Positions 37,722 to 47,915 of a stretch of DNA of 64,000 nt are shown here, one piece after another. Made by a program: the position numbers and the translations under genes. Under the pieces are notes generated by a model. That model saw nothing but the letters and a program-made list of their open reading frames with translations. It was not told where the DNA came from and did no database searches. Origin of the DNA: an uncultured Planctomycetota bacterium (GTDB lineage: Bacteria; Planctomycetota; Planctomycetia; Isosphaerales; Isosphaeraceae); contig CAVTTN010000002.1 in assembly GCA_963737655.1 (NCBI GenBank), forward strand, positions 6,080,001 through 6,144,000. Direction: 5' to 3'. Position 1 is the first letter of the stretch. Every line of letters begins with the position of its first letter.

Positions 37722-38906
37722 ATGGCCGTCGAGATCCGCATCCCCCGCCTCGGCTGGAACATGGAAGAGGGCGTGTTCGTCGGCTGGCTGAAGGCCGACG
37801 GCGACCCGATTCGCGAGGGCGATCCGCTGTTCACCCTCGAAGGCGAGAAGTCCGCCCAGGAGGTCGAGGCGACCGAGTCCGGCGTGCTCCACGTCCCGGA
37901 GACGGCCCCTCGGGCGGGCCAGACGGTGCCGGTCGGGGCGCTGGTCGGCTTCGTCCTCGCTCCGGGCGAGTCGCCGCCGTCGGCGGTCGCGGTTCGGGCT
38001 CCGACGGCGACCGTCGCCGAGGTCGCCGAGGCGGCTGAGAAGCCTCCCCGACCGGCCCGCAACGGCGTGAAAGCCTCGCCGCTGGCCCGGCGGATCGCCC
38101 GCGAATTGAACATCGACTGGACCACCCTTCGAGGGAGCGGCTCGTCGGGCCGGGTCCGCAAGGCGGACGTCCTCGCCGCGTCTCGTCGCGATCCGGCGGC
38201 CGTCGCGGATCGCCCCTCGCCCGCGTCGCGATCGGTCCCGCTGACCCCGACCCGCCGGACGATCGCCGCGAGGATGGTCGAGAGCCGATCGACGACGGCC
38301 GCCGTGACCCTCACCACGACCGTCGACGCGACGAACCTGGTGAACCTCCGCGAGCAGTTCCGCGCCTCGAAGCCCGACGAGGTCCCGGGCTTCACGGATT
38401 TCCTCGTGAAGCTGTCGGCCCTCGTCCTGAAAGACCATGCCGTGATGAATTCGCGATGGCTCGGCGATCGGATCGAGCTGCTCGACGAGGTGAACGTCGG
38501 GATCGCCGTGGATGCCGAGGCGGGGCTGCTCGTGCCGGTGATCCGAGGGGCCGACGCGCTCGGGCTCCGCGAGATCGTCCGGAGGTCTCGCGACCTGATC
38601 GGCCGGGCCCGCGGGGGCTCGCTCCGGGCCGAGGAGATGCAGGGCGGGACGTTCACGATCACGAATCTTGGCGCCTTTGGGATCGAAACGTTCACGCCCA
38701 TTGTGAATTCGCCCGAGTGCGCGATCCTCGGCGTGGGGAGGATCGCCAGGCAGCCGGTGATGGTCGGCGAGTCCGCGGTCGGCCGCGACCGGATGCCGTT
38801 GAGCCTCACGTTCGACCACCGGATCGTCGATGGCGGGCCGGCCGCGAGGTTCCTCCGGGCGGTGGGCCGGGCGATCGAGAACCCCGGACCGTGGCTCATG
38901 TCCTGA
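37722..38906 (+). CDS. Dihydrolipoamide acyltransferase (E2)
   Basis: Lipoyl domain LEGEKS, subunit-binding ASPLARRIA...GSGSSGRVRKADV, catalytic GGTFTITNLG and FDHRIVDG. Confidence 0.95.
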   Translation: MAVEIRIPRLGWNMEEGVFVGWLKADGDPIREGDPLFTLEGEKSAQEVEATESGVLHVPETAPRAGQTVPVGALVGFVLAPGESPPSAVAVRAPTATVAEVAEAAEKPPRPARNGVKASPLARRIARELNIDWTTLRGSGSSGRVRKADVLAASRRDPAAVADRPSPASRSVPLTPTRRTIAARMVESRSTTAAVTLTTTVDATNLVNLREQFRASKPDEVPGFTDFLVKLSALVLKDHAVMNSRWLGDRIELLDEVNVGIAVDAEAGLLVPVIRGADALGLREIVRRSRDLIGRARGGSLRAEEMQGGTFTITNLGAFGIETFTPIVNSPECAILGVGRIARQPVMVGESAVGRDRMPLSLTFDHRIVDGGPAARFLRAVGRAIENPGPWLMS

Positions 38907-38922
38907 GAATCGAGGAACGCTC

Positions 38923-39704
38923 ATGCGATGCGACCTGGAGGGCAGAGTCGCCCTGGTGACCGGCGCGGCCCGGGGGATCGGCCGGGCGATCGCCGACCGC
39001 TTCGCCGCGAACGGCGCGAACGTCGTCTATTCCGACATCGACGAAGCCGGCGCCCGCGAGGCGGCCTCCTCCGTGGCCGGCGCCTCGTGGCGAAGGCTGG
39101 ACGTGACGAGCGGCGAGGACGCCGACTCCGCCATCGGGGCGATCGTCGCCGAGCATGGACGGATCGACATCGTCGTGAATAATGCGGGCATCAATACGAT
39201 GGCCCATCGCGTGACGATCGACGAGTTCCCCCGGTCCGAGTGGGACCGCATCCTCGCCGTCGACCTGACCGGCCTGTACGAGGTCAGCCGCGCCTCGGCC
39301 CGCGCGATGAAGGCGCGGAAATCGGGCCGGATCATCAACGTGGCGTCGATCGCCGGGCTCGTGCCGCTCCGCCTGCAATGTGCGTTCGTGGCGGCGAAGG
39401 CGGGCGTGGTGAACCTGACCAAGGCCATGGCGCTGGAGCTCGGGGCCGACGGCATCCTCGTCAACGGGATCGCGCCGGATCGACCCTGACCGACGGGACG
39501 CGGCAGCTCTTCTACGGCGAGGGCGGCCTGTTCCGCGATTCGGTCAAGGCCATGCTGGCGCACGTCCCGCTCGGGAGGCCGGCGGAGGTCGAGGAGATCG
39601 CCGTGGCGGCCCTGTTCCTCGCCGATCCCGAGAATAGTTACATGAATGGACACATTTTGACCGTGGACGGCGGCTGGACCGCCGGATATGCTCGCGAGTT
39701 CTGA
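38923..39704 (+). CDS. Short-chain dehydrogenase/reductase (frameshift near 39478)
   Basis: TGAARGIG, NNAG and GRIINVAS; after the shift PGSTLT...VPLGRPAEVEEIA...LTVDGGW. Confidence 0.9.
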
Positions 39705-39719
39705 GCCGGCCGGTCGCGG

Positions 39720-40502
39720 TCACTCGCGGAGGAGGTCATCCGTGAACGCCCGGCTGGCCTGGAGGCCGAGGCGGATCGTGCCGAGGTCGCTGCCGACTTC
39801 CAGCATCCGGCAGCCCCGGCGGATCAGCGCGCGGGTCCGTTCCAGGCCGATGGGGACGGTCCCCCAGGCGATCCCGGCCGCGTCGCAGACGTCGGCGACG
39901 TGGTCCATCGCCGAGAGCAGCTTCGGGTTGTCGAACTGGCCGGCGATCCCGAGCGATGCGCTCAGGTCGGCCGGGCCGATGAACAGGAGATCGACGTCGG
40001 GCACCCGGGCGATCGCCTCGACGTGCTCCAGGCCGTCGAGGTTCTCGATCTGGATGGCCACGAACGTGTCGCGGTTGCATTTGTCGATGTATTCGGCGAA
40101 CGGGATCGCGCCGTAATCGCCGTCGCGGTTGCTGCCGTTGAGCCCTCGCCGGCCCCTGGGCGGGAACTTGACCCAGCTCACCACGCGCTCGGCCTCCTCG
40201 GCGGAGCGGACGTGGGCGGCCATGATCCCTCCGGCGCCGACCTCGAGGAACCGCATCACGGAGGCATAGTCCGTCGCGGCCATCCGGACGAAGCTGTCGA
40301 GGCCGGAGGCGCGGATGGCCATCGCGGCGCCCTGGACGGTCTCCAGGGTCACTCCGCCGTGCTCGTGGTCGAGCCAGAAGGCGTCGAAATGGCCGCGGAG
40401 GGCCACGATCTCCGCGAGCTTGGGGCTGAGCAATTGCCCGGTCGAGAAGACCCGGACGAGCTTCCCCTCGGCCAGAAGCCGCTTGATCCCTGAAGGCATC
40501 AT
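39720..40502 (-). CDS. HpcH/HpaI-family aldolase
   Basis: FWLDHEHG, KFPPRGRRG, IQIENLDGL, LFIGPADLSASLG. Confidence 0.92.
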   Translation of the reverse strand: MMPSGIKRLLAEGKLVRVFSTGQLLSPKLAEIVALRGHFDAFWLDHEHGGVTLETVQGAAMAIRASGLDSFVRMAATDYASVMRFLEVGAGGIMAAHVRSAEEAERVVSWVKFPPRGRRGLNGSNRDGDYGAIPFAEYIDKCNRDTFVAIQIENLDGLEHVEAIARVPDVDLLFIGPADLSASLGIAGQFDNPKLLSAMDHVADVCDAAGIAWGTVPIGLERTRALIRRGCRMLEVGSDLGTIRLGLQASRAFTDDLLRE

Positions 40503-40643
40503 CCCCTCCGAAGCGGACGGACCCCTCTCGATCGGCCCTTGCCCGGGGCGAGGGCGTCGCCACGATAATCGAACCCCCGGCGCGAGTCCATTCGGTTACA
40601 ATCGCGGCCTCTCCGTCGACCGGCCCGGCCCGAGGGAATCGTC

Positions 40644-43136
40644 ATGACGAGGAAGAAGGTCTTTTCGATCGCGATCGTGGTCCTCGTCTCCGCCGGGGCC
40701 GCCGGGCTGGCCCGTCGGGCGGTGCTGCGGATGGGCAAGCAGCCCGATGGCTCGTTCCTGGTGTCGTCGGGGCAGAGGGTTGAGGGCGGCTCGCTCGCCT
40801 TCGACGGCCGCCCGATCGACCTGGCGTTGTATCCCTCGGGCGAGTTCTTCGCCGTGTTGAACAAGAGCCGGGCGTTCCTGGCCGATGCCTCGGGCGTGCG
40901 GCCCGGGAGCGTGGCGACCCTGGGCGGCGACGCGGGTTTTCGCGGCCTGGTCTGGTCGCCCGACGGCCTCCGCCTCTTCGCCAGCACGGCCGCCGGTCAT
41001 GTCCAGGTCTTCCGGCTCGATGGCAAGCGGCTGAAGGTCGAGACGCGGATCCGGATCGCGCCGACGGCCGACGACCCCAACCCCGTCCCCGGGGGGATGG
41101 CGATCACCCGCGACGGCTCCCGGCTGTTCGTCGCGGCGGCCAACCGCAACGCCGTGGTCGAGGTCGATCTCGCGAAGAACGAGAGGGTCCGCGAATTCGC
41201 CGTCGAAAACCTCCCGTTCGAGCCGAGGCTGACCGACGATGAATCGACGCTGATCGTGAGCAACTGGGGAGGAAGGCTCGCGAGGCCCGGGGAAAAGACG
41301 GCCAAGAGCCAGAATCTCGATATCCTGGTGGACGACCGGGGCGCGCCGGCGTCGGGATCGGTATCCTTGATCGATCGGAAGGCCGGCACGTCTCGGCGTG
41401 TGGAAGTCGGCATCCATCCGACGGCCGTGGTCGTCTCCGGGCGGAGGGCCTACGTCGCCAACGCGATGAGCGACTCGGTCTCGGAGATCGACCTGGATTC
41501 GGCGACGGTCTCCCGGACGATCGAGCTGCGTTGGGGATCGCTCCGCGTCCTCGGCGGGATGCCCAACGCGCTGGCGATCCGGGGGCGGACGCTGTTCGTG
41601 GCCGACGGCGGCGATAACGCATTGGCGGAAGTCGACCTGGAGGCCGGTCGAGTGCTCGGATATCGCCCCGCCGGCTATTTCCCGGTGGCCGTGGCGCTCG
41701 CTCCCGACGGGAAAACGGCCTACGTGCTGAACACGAAGGGGAACGGGTCGGTCAGCAAGACGACCCTCGGCCGCCCCGGCAATGCCCACGATTTCCAGGG
41801 GACCGTGACCGTGGTGGACCTGGCCCGGGACCTCGGCGAGGCCACGGCGCTCGTGGCCCGCAACAACCGATGGGAGAGCCGACCGGGACGCCCGCCGGGA
41901 AGAGTCTATAACGGCGCGATCAAGCACGTGATCTACATCATCAAGGAAAATCGCACGTATGACGAGGTCTTCGGCGACCTGCCCCAGGGCGAGGGCGACC
42001 CGAAGCTGTGCTCCCTGGGCGAGGCGGTCATGCCGAACCATCGCAAGATCGCTCGCGAGTTCACCCTGTTCGACAATGGATATGTGAGCGGGACGAACAG
42101 CGCCGACGGCCACGCCTGGTCCACTCAGTGCCTGGCGAACGATTATCTGGAACACTTCTACGTGGGCTATTCGCGGACCTACCCCGACGACGGCGACGAC
42201 GCGATGGCGATCTCCTCCGGGGGCGCCCTGTGGGACGCGGCGGCCCGCAAGGGGAAGTCGATCCGCGTCTACGGCGAGTTCTGCGACGAGGCCCTGGCGA
42301 GGGTCGAGCCCGAGCCGAACGACTGGTTCGAGGTCTGGGAGGACCGCAAGGCGGGGACCCACAAGTTCAAGTTCTCGGCCGACACCCGGCTGGCGAACCT
42401 CCGGCCCTTCATCAACCGCGAGGTGCATTACTGGCCCCTCCTGATGAGCGATCAACATCGCGCGGATGTTTTCATCCGGGAGTATGAGCGGTTTTGCAAG
42501 GATGGCCGCGTCCCCGACCTCACGATCCTGAGCCTGCCGTGCGACCACGGCGAGGGGGTGAACCCCAAGTACCCCACGCCCCGGGCGATGATGGCCGACA
42601 ATGACCTGGCGCTGGGGCGGATCGTCGAGGCGGTCTCGAAGGGCCCCGAGTGGGATCGGACGTGCATCTTCGTGGTCGAGGACGACGCCCAGTCCGGCCC
42701 CGACCACATCGACGGCCACCGGACCGTCTTCCTCGCGATCAGCCCGTTCAGCCGGCGGAAGGCCGTCGATTCGACGTTCTACACCCAGGCGAACATGATC
42801 CGGTCGATCGAGATGATCCTGGGCCTCGATCCGATGAATCGGTTCGACTCCGTGGCCGAGCCGATGGTCTCCTGCTTCACCGACGAGCCCGACCCGACCC
42901 CGTACCGGGCGGTGCCGAACAACGTCCCCCTGGACGAGAGGAACCCCTCGGGGCCGAAGATCTCGGCGGCCGATCGGTACTGGATGGAGAAGACGCTGTC
43001 GCTGGACTGGAGCCACCTGGACGCGCCGGACCCGTTCTGGCTGAACCGGATCAACTGGTACAGCCTCTTCAAAGGTGAGCGGCCCTACCCCGATCGGCCC
43101 GGGGAGCGTCCCGGTCGGGAGGATGCCGACGACTGA
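40644..43136 (+). CDS. Exported YncE-type beta-propeller/phosphoesterase (alkaline phosphatase superfamily) fusion
   Basis: Signal peptide and YVAN-type propeller repeats, then IKHVIYIIKENRTYDEVFGD, SADGHAW, DNDLALGRIVEA and EDDAQSGPDHIDGHR. Confidence 0.9.
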   Translation: MTRKKVFSIAIVVLVSAGAAGLARRAVLRMGKQPDGSFLVSSGQRVEGGSLAFDGRPIDLALYPSGEFFAVLNKSRAFLADASGVRPGSVATLGGDAGFRGLVWSPDGLRLFASTAAGHVQVFRLDGKRLKVETRIRIAPTADDPNPVPGGMAITRDGSRLFVAAANRNAVVEVDLAKNERVREFAVENLPFEPRLTDDESTLIVSNWGGRLARPGEKTAKSQNLDILVDDRGAPASGSVSLIDRKAGTSRRVEVGIHPTAVVVSGRRAYVANAMSDSVSEIDLDSATVSRTIELRWGSLRVLGGMPNALAIRGRTLFVADGGDNALAEVDLEAGRVLGYRPAGYFPVAVALAPDGKTAYVLNTKGNGSVSKTTLGRPGNAHDFQGTVTVVDLARDLGEATALVARNNRWESRPGRPPGRVYNGAIKHVIYIIKENRTYDEVFGDLPQGEGDPKLCSLGEAVMPNHRKIAREFTLFDNGYVSGTNSADGHAWSTQCLANDYLEHFYVGYSRTYPDDGDDAMAISSGGALWDAAARKGKSIRVYGEFCDEALARVEPEPNDWFEVWEDRKAGTHKFKFSADTRLANLRPFINREVHYWPLLMSDQHRADVFIREYERFCKDGRVPDLTILSLPCDHGEGVNPKYPTPRAMMADNDLALGRIVEAVSKGPEWDRTCIFVVEDDAQSGPDHIDGHRTVFLAISPFSRRKAVDSTFYTQANMIRSIEMILGLDPMNRFDSVAEPMVSCFTDEPDPTPYRAVPNNVPLDERNPSGPKISAADRYWMEKTLSLDWSHLDAPDPFWLNRINWYSLFKGERPYPDRPGERPGREDADD

Positions 43137-43140
43137 GGGC

Positions 43141-45477
43141 CTATCGGGGGTCCGGGATCGCCCGTGCCGCGTCGCGGAGCGAGAGGATCTCGCGATTCCG
43201 GGCGGCGGCCGAGAAGCTCGGGTCGATGCGAAGGGCCCGCGAGTAGGCGAGGCGGGCCTGGTCGAACTTGCCGAGCCCTTCGAGGGCCAGGGCGTGGTTG
43301 AAGGCGCACTCCGGGCTCGTCGGCGAGAGCGCCTCGCAGACGCGGAAGGCGGCGGCGGCCTCCTGGAAGCGTCCCAGGCGGTAGGCGCAGAGGCCCAGGT
43401 GGAAGTTCGGCCAGAAGTCCTGGGGGCGTTCCTCAAGGGCCCGCTCGAACTGAGCAAGGGCCTCCACGAGCCGGCCGGATCTCAGTTCGAAGCGGCCGAG
43501 GTCGTCGTGTTCCCGGGCGTTCCGCGGAGGGCCGACGTCCTCGGCGGCGACCCCTCCGAGCTCGGCGGCCAGCGCGCGGGCCAGGCGGCTCAACGAGGGG
43601 CTGGGGCCGCAGGTCTTGCGGGCTTCCTCGACCGTGGTCAGGGCCTCTTTCAGGGCGAGCGGCCGGTCGTCGGCCGTCGTCCGGCGGGCCTGGGCGTCGA
43701 TCCCGACGAGGGCGAGCTCCCGCAAGTCGTCGCGGACCCGATCGGCCAGGCCCGGGACGGCCCGGCCTCTCGCCCAGTCCATCAGCGGCTGGCGATCGTC
43801 CCAGATCGCCGAGAAATGCTCGTCGAGGGCCCGGGCGGCCTCCTCGTCGGGGGCCTCGGCGCCGAACCGGAACCGGATGAGGTCGGCGAGGCGGTGGAGT
43901 TCGTCGGCCTTCTGGCCGATCCGGGCGGTTCGGAGTTCCTCGCGGACTTCCGCCTCGGCCCTCCCCTGCCCGACCAGCCCTCGGACCCGCTTCAGACCAC
44001 GATCGAGGATCGCGACGGCCTCGCCGTGCCGACCCTCGGCGATCCGGGCCCGGCCGGAGGCGAGCGCCTCGTCCTTGTCGCGGACCCTCTGGCGATACTC
44101 GGCCGAGGCGAGGGTCAGCGCGACCAGGAGGCCGCCGAAACCGCCCGCGAGCGTCAGGCCCCGGGCGAACGACGACGGGCTCCGCCTCCGCCACTTCCGC
44201 CATCGCTCGCGGAGGCTCCGGTTCGGCACGCCCCGCAAGGGCAAATCGCCGAGGTGCCGGCGGAGGTCGTCGGCCACGGCGGAGGCGTCGGGGTAGCGGT
44301 CGGCCGGATCGTCGGCCAGGCAGCGGCCGATCAGGTCGCCGAGGCCGACCGACCCGCCCGGCCCGGGCCTCGTCGCGATCGGCGAACCTCGGCCGACCCG
44401 CCCCGGGCCGTCCAGGGACTCGACCAGGAGGAGGCCCAGGGCGTGGAGGTCGGCCCGATGGTCGATCGCCCGCTCGGTCGGGTCGCCGAGGGTCGCGGCG
44501 CGGAAGGCGGCTTCCTGCTCCGGGGCCATCCAGCCGGGGGTCCCTCCGAGCCTCCCTCGGACGATCGCCCTGGCCGCGACGGGGTGGCGGGCCAGGTGGA
44601 AATCCAGGAGCAGGGGCAGGCCGTCGGCGGCGATCAGGACGTTCGACGGCTTCAGGTCCATGTGGACCAGCCCTCGCGAGTGGGCCGAGTGCAGGGCGTC
44701 GGCCATGCACGCGGCGATCCAGCAAACGGCCTGCTCCCAGGTCGCCTCGCGGAGGTAGCGGCGGCACGGGCCGTCGGTCACGGGCGGCTCGGCGGATCGG
44801 GGTTGGGAGCGGTCGAGAGCGCTGAGCAGGTCCGCCCCTCGTCGTCGAGCCGGCGGGATCGTCGCGACCTCGGCGAGGAGGCGGTCGAGGCTCGCGCCGC
44901 CGAGATACGGCATGCAAAGCCCCCGGAGCCGCCTCTCGGGGAAGGTTTGCTCGGAGAACAACGGGAGGATGTGGGTGTTCTGGAGCCGGGCCAGGGCGAG
45001 GTGCTCGTCCTGGTCGGCCGGCTGGAACTTGACGACCACGAGGCGATCGGCCAGGGCGGGCTCGCGGGCCAGGTACGTCCGGCCGGAGGCCCCCCGGCCG
45101 AGCTCTTCGAGCAGGAGGAACGGGCCGATCTCCTCGCCGACCTCGGGCAGGGTCGCCGAATGGGTCGTGGCTTCGAGGAAGCGGTCGAAGTCCAGGAGGA
45201 CGGCCAGCTCGGAGCGGAACTTCGGGAATCGGGCGAGGACCTCGCGGGTCTCGGGCGCGTGGCCGGCCTCTCGTCGCGAGAGGACCTCCTCGTAGATCAG
45301 GCGGACGAGGGCCTCGGGGTCGCGGTCGGCATTCTCGGCGATCAGGCCCTCCAGGGGGGCGAGGTCCCCGAGGGATCGGCGCCCGGCCAGGTCGTCGAGG
45401 CGGTCGCGGACCCAGGTCGAGGCCGAGGACGGCCCTCCCGGGCTCGGGGACTCGGAGAGGAACGGGTCGGACGACAT
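43141..45477 (-). CDS. Atypical Ser/Thr protein kinase with TM segment and C-terminal TPRs
   Basis: LGRGASGRTY, VVVK, HMDLKPSN, DFHLA, GTPGWMAPEQ; TPRs ALAQFERALEERPQDFWPNFHLG. Confidence 0.9.
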   Translation of the reverse strand: MSSDPFLSESPSPGGPSSASTWVRDRLDDLAGRRSLGDLAPLEGLIAENADRDPEALVRLIYEEVLSRREAGHAPETREVLARFPKFRSELAVLLDFDRFLEATTHSATLPEVGEEIGPFLLLEELGRGASGRTYLAREPALADRLVVVKFQPADQDEHLALARLQNTHILPLFSEQTFPERRLRGLCMPYLGGASLDRLLAEVATIPPARRRGADLLSALDRSQPRSAEPPVTDGPCRRYLREATWEQAVCWIAACMADALHSAHSRGLVHMDLKPSNVLIAADGLPLLLDFHLARHPVAARAIVRGRLGGTPGWMAPEQEAAFRAATLGDPTERAIDHRADLHALGLLLVESLDGPGRVGRGSPIATRPGPGGSVGLGDLIGRCLADDPADRYPDASAVADDLRRHLGDLPLRGVPNRSLRERWRKWRRRSPSSFARGLTLAGGFGGLLVALTLASAEYRQRVRDKDEALASGRARIAEGRHGEAVAILDRGLKRVRGLVGQGRAEAEVREELRTARIGQKADELHRLADLIRFRFGAEAPDEEAARALDEHFSAIWDDRQPLMDWARGRAVPGLADRVRDDLRELALVGIDAQARRTTADDRPLALKEALTTVEEARKTCGPSPSLSRLARALAAELGGVAAEDVGPPRNAREHDDLGRFELRSGRLVEALAQFERALEERPQDFWPNFHLGLCAYRLGRFQEAAAAFRVCEALSPTSPECAFNHALALEGLGKFDQARLAYSRALRIDPSFSAAARNREILSLRDAARAIPDPR

Positions 45478-45498
45478 CGAGGGAGCCTCGCGGCGGGT

Positions 45499-46086
45499 TC
45501 AGTTCGCCCGTATCGGGGCCGTTCGCATGCGGCGGGCGAGCTCGTAGAGGATTCGGCGGACGCTGCCCTCGTGGAGGCCGACGGCCGAGGCGATCTCGGC
45601 CAGGGAGCGGCCCTCCCTCTTGAGACGGAGAATGGTTTGATGCGTCGGGGGGCAGCGGCGGAGGAGGTCTTCCCAGAGCTCGCCGGCCTGCGCCACCTCG
45701 CTCGGCGAGGGGCCTTTCGCGCGGGGGAGGTTGCCCGAGGCAGACGGGTCGAGCGGGCGCTCTTTCTCCAGGGCCCGATGGTGCTTGCGGTGGTGGTCGA
45801 TCAGGCGATTGCGGGCGACCCGGACGAGGAAGGCCCGGAATTGCGCGGGGTCGCGGAAGCTCGGGTCGTTCGCCTCGACCCCGCAGAGCAGGTCGGCCCA
45901 GATCGACTGGACGACGTCCATCGAGTCGAGCTTGGCGCGGAGGGGGCCGCTGAGCCTCCGCCGGACGGCCATCCTCAGGTACGGTTCGTAGCGCTCCAGG
46001 GCGGATCGCGCGGCCGAGACGCCGCCTTCGCGAAGGTCCTTGAGCAGCTGGGCGAGGGGGTCGGTCGCGGCGGCATCCGTGCTCAT
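45499..46086 (-). CDS. ECF sigma-70 factor (kinase-associated, DSMD type)
   Basis: YEPYLRMAVRRRL...LDSMDVVQS, FLVRVARNRLID, ILRLKREGRSLAEIASAVGLHEGSVRR. Confidence 0.9.
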   Translation of the reverse strand: MSTDAAATDPLAQLLKDLREGGVSAARSALERYEPYLRMAVRRRLSGPLRAKLDSMDVVQSIWADLLCGVEANDPSFRDPAQFRAFLVRVARNRLIDHHRKHHRALEKERPLDPSASGNLPRAKGPSPSEVAQAGELWEDLLRRCPPTHQTILRLKREGRSLAEIASAVGLHEGSVRRILYELARRMRTAPIRAN

Positions 46087-46090
46087 CAGA

Positions 46091-46941
46091 TCACCTCGGC
46101 AGCCAGAGTCCCGGGATCAGGGGCGGGGCGAGCGGTCGTCGGGAGCGGTCCTCGCGCCATCGGCGACGGGCCTCGATCGCGCCGAGCGTGGCGACGCAGG
46201 CGAGGCCCAGCGCCAGCGATCGCCCGGCGCCCGGGCCTCCGAGGGGGCCGATCGCTCCGAGTTCGCCGACCTCGTCCAGGACGTGATCCCACGCGTCCAG
46301 GAGGAATTCGCCGGAGAACGGGCGGGCCTGGTCGATGGGTCCGGCGGCGACGGGCGTGGGGGCGGCCTCTTCGCGGCCATCGGGTCCCGATTCGGCCTGG
46401 TCGGCCGGGGGCTCCGCGGCTCGGACCCGGGCGGAGGGGCGGTGAGGAACCCCGGGGACTCGGCCGGGGCGCCGGCCGGGCCGGCGGGCTCGGCGTTGGT
46501 CGCCGTGGCCGGGGCGATCCCGGGGGCAAGCGGGCTGAGCATCTGGCCGGGGCGGTGTTCCTGGGCCGGCGGGAGTCCCGACGAGTCGGAGGCGTCGCCC
46601 GGAGCGGTCCCGGGATTCGGGGCGGGCGCCAGGCTCGAGGGATCGGCCGGGCCGGTCGGGGACGAGTCCGGCGTGAGATCCCGCTCCGAGGGGAGGGCGT
46701 CCTCGTCCTCGTCGTCGGCCCGGGCCTCGGCCACCGGGGCCGTCGCCGACCCCGCCGATCGCGAGTCGATCTCCGAGGCGTCATCGGGATCGTCGGCCGT
46801 CGCGGCCCCGACCGAGGCGTGGGCGACGATCGCCGGAGGTGCCGGCGAGATCCAGGACGAGTGCGCGAGCAGTCGGCGACCTTCCAGGAGGTCCACCCGG
46901 GGGCCGAACGGGCGGCGGCGAGTCTGGGGGTGCTTCGGCAT
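46091..46941 (-). CDS. Planctomycete exported low-complexity protein with LExRxLL-type N-terminus and C-terminal TM (probable frameshift ~46400-46430)
   Basis: MPKHPQTRRRPFGPRVDLLEGRRLLA, then an Asp/Pro/Ala-rich body. An alternative frame with good codon usage ends LDAWDHVLDEVGEL...SLALGLACVATLGAIEARRRW...WLPR* at 46091. Confidence 0.65.
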
Positions 46942-47192
46942 GGCCACGACGTCCCTGAGTGCCGATCGAAGTCTCCCGATCCCGGGAGCGGCGTTCGAGG
47001 CCGAGGCACACCCGTCATACTCGATTTCGGGCCCGCGAACCAGGCCAGTCGAGGCCCGGGGCGGCGGCGGCCCGGCCCCTGGTCTCGCCTCCGAAAAATC
47101 GCGCTCGGCCGTCGGGGAGGAATCCGTTTCCCGGGGTGTCGAGCGGCCCGGGGCCTCTCGGATTTCAGGATGTTCGAGATTCGGAGGACATG

Positions 47193-47915
47193 ATGTCAAG
47201 AAAGTCTCTGGTCGCCGCGGCCTCGGTCATTCTCGCGATCCACGGCCCGGGCGGGACCAAGGCGGCCCAGGCCCAGGGTGCGGCCCCGGCCTCCTCGCCG
47301 ACGAAGGCGGGCCGGATGGAGGCGGACCTGGAGGCCAGCCGCGTCTTCATCAAGGTCACCTCGGGCAGCCGCCTGGGCCATGACCACGGCGTGATCGGCC
47401 GCTTGGAGTCGGGCTGGATCGCCCCGGGCACCGGCGGGGAGCTGGTCTTCGCGATGAAGACGTTCGTGACCGACACCCCCGAGGCCCGCAAGTTCGTCGG
47501 CCTGACCGCACCGATCAAGGCGGCCGATCGCGAGAAGTCCTGCTCCAACATGCTCTCGGCCGACGTCCTGGACGTGGCCCACTATCCCAAAGCCACGTTC
47601 AAGATCGACTCCTTCCGCCCGACCGGCAAGCAGGCGGCCGGCGCGCCCGGCGATTATCGCCTGACCGGCAGCTTCACGCTCCACGGCACGACCCGCCCCC
47701 TGACCATCGACGCCAAGCTGGAGCCGGGCGGGGCGCCGGGGACGTCTCGGCTCCGAGGGGCGTTCTCGATCCTTCAAACCGAGTTCGGCATCCAGCCCTA
47801 TTCGGCCCTCGGCGGCCTGGTCAGCATCGAGGACAAGCTGGACATCTGGGGCGAGTTCGTCGTCCGGAACGCCGCGAGCCAGGCGAAGGGGACGGCCCCG
47901 AAGGTCGTCCGATGA
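47193..47915 (+). CDS. YceI-family lipid/polyisoprenoid-binding protein
   Basis: Signal peptide; VLDVAHYPKATF, LTGSFTLHGTTRPL, FSILQTEFGIQPYS. Confidence 0.88.
   Translation: MSRKSLVAAASVILAIHGPGGTKAAQAQGAAPASSPTKAGRMEADLEASRVFIKVTSGSRLGHDHGVIGRLESGWIAPGTGGELVFAMKTFVTDTPEARKFVGLTAPIKAADREKSCSNMLSADVLDVAHYPKATFKIDSFRPTGKQAAGAPGDYRLTGSFTLHGTTRPLTIDAKLEPGGAPGTSRLRGAFSILQTEFGIQPYSALGGLVSIEDKLDIWGEFVVRNAASQAKGTAPKVVR

Noticed and set aside
35707..38906. Housekeeping pyruvate dehydrogenase (pdhABC) assignment
   Set aside because: The fused E1, the absence of E3 and the catabolic context suggest another substrate, so no symbol was assigned.
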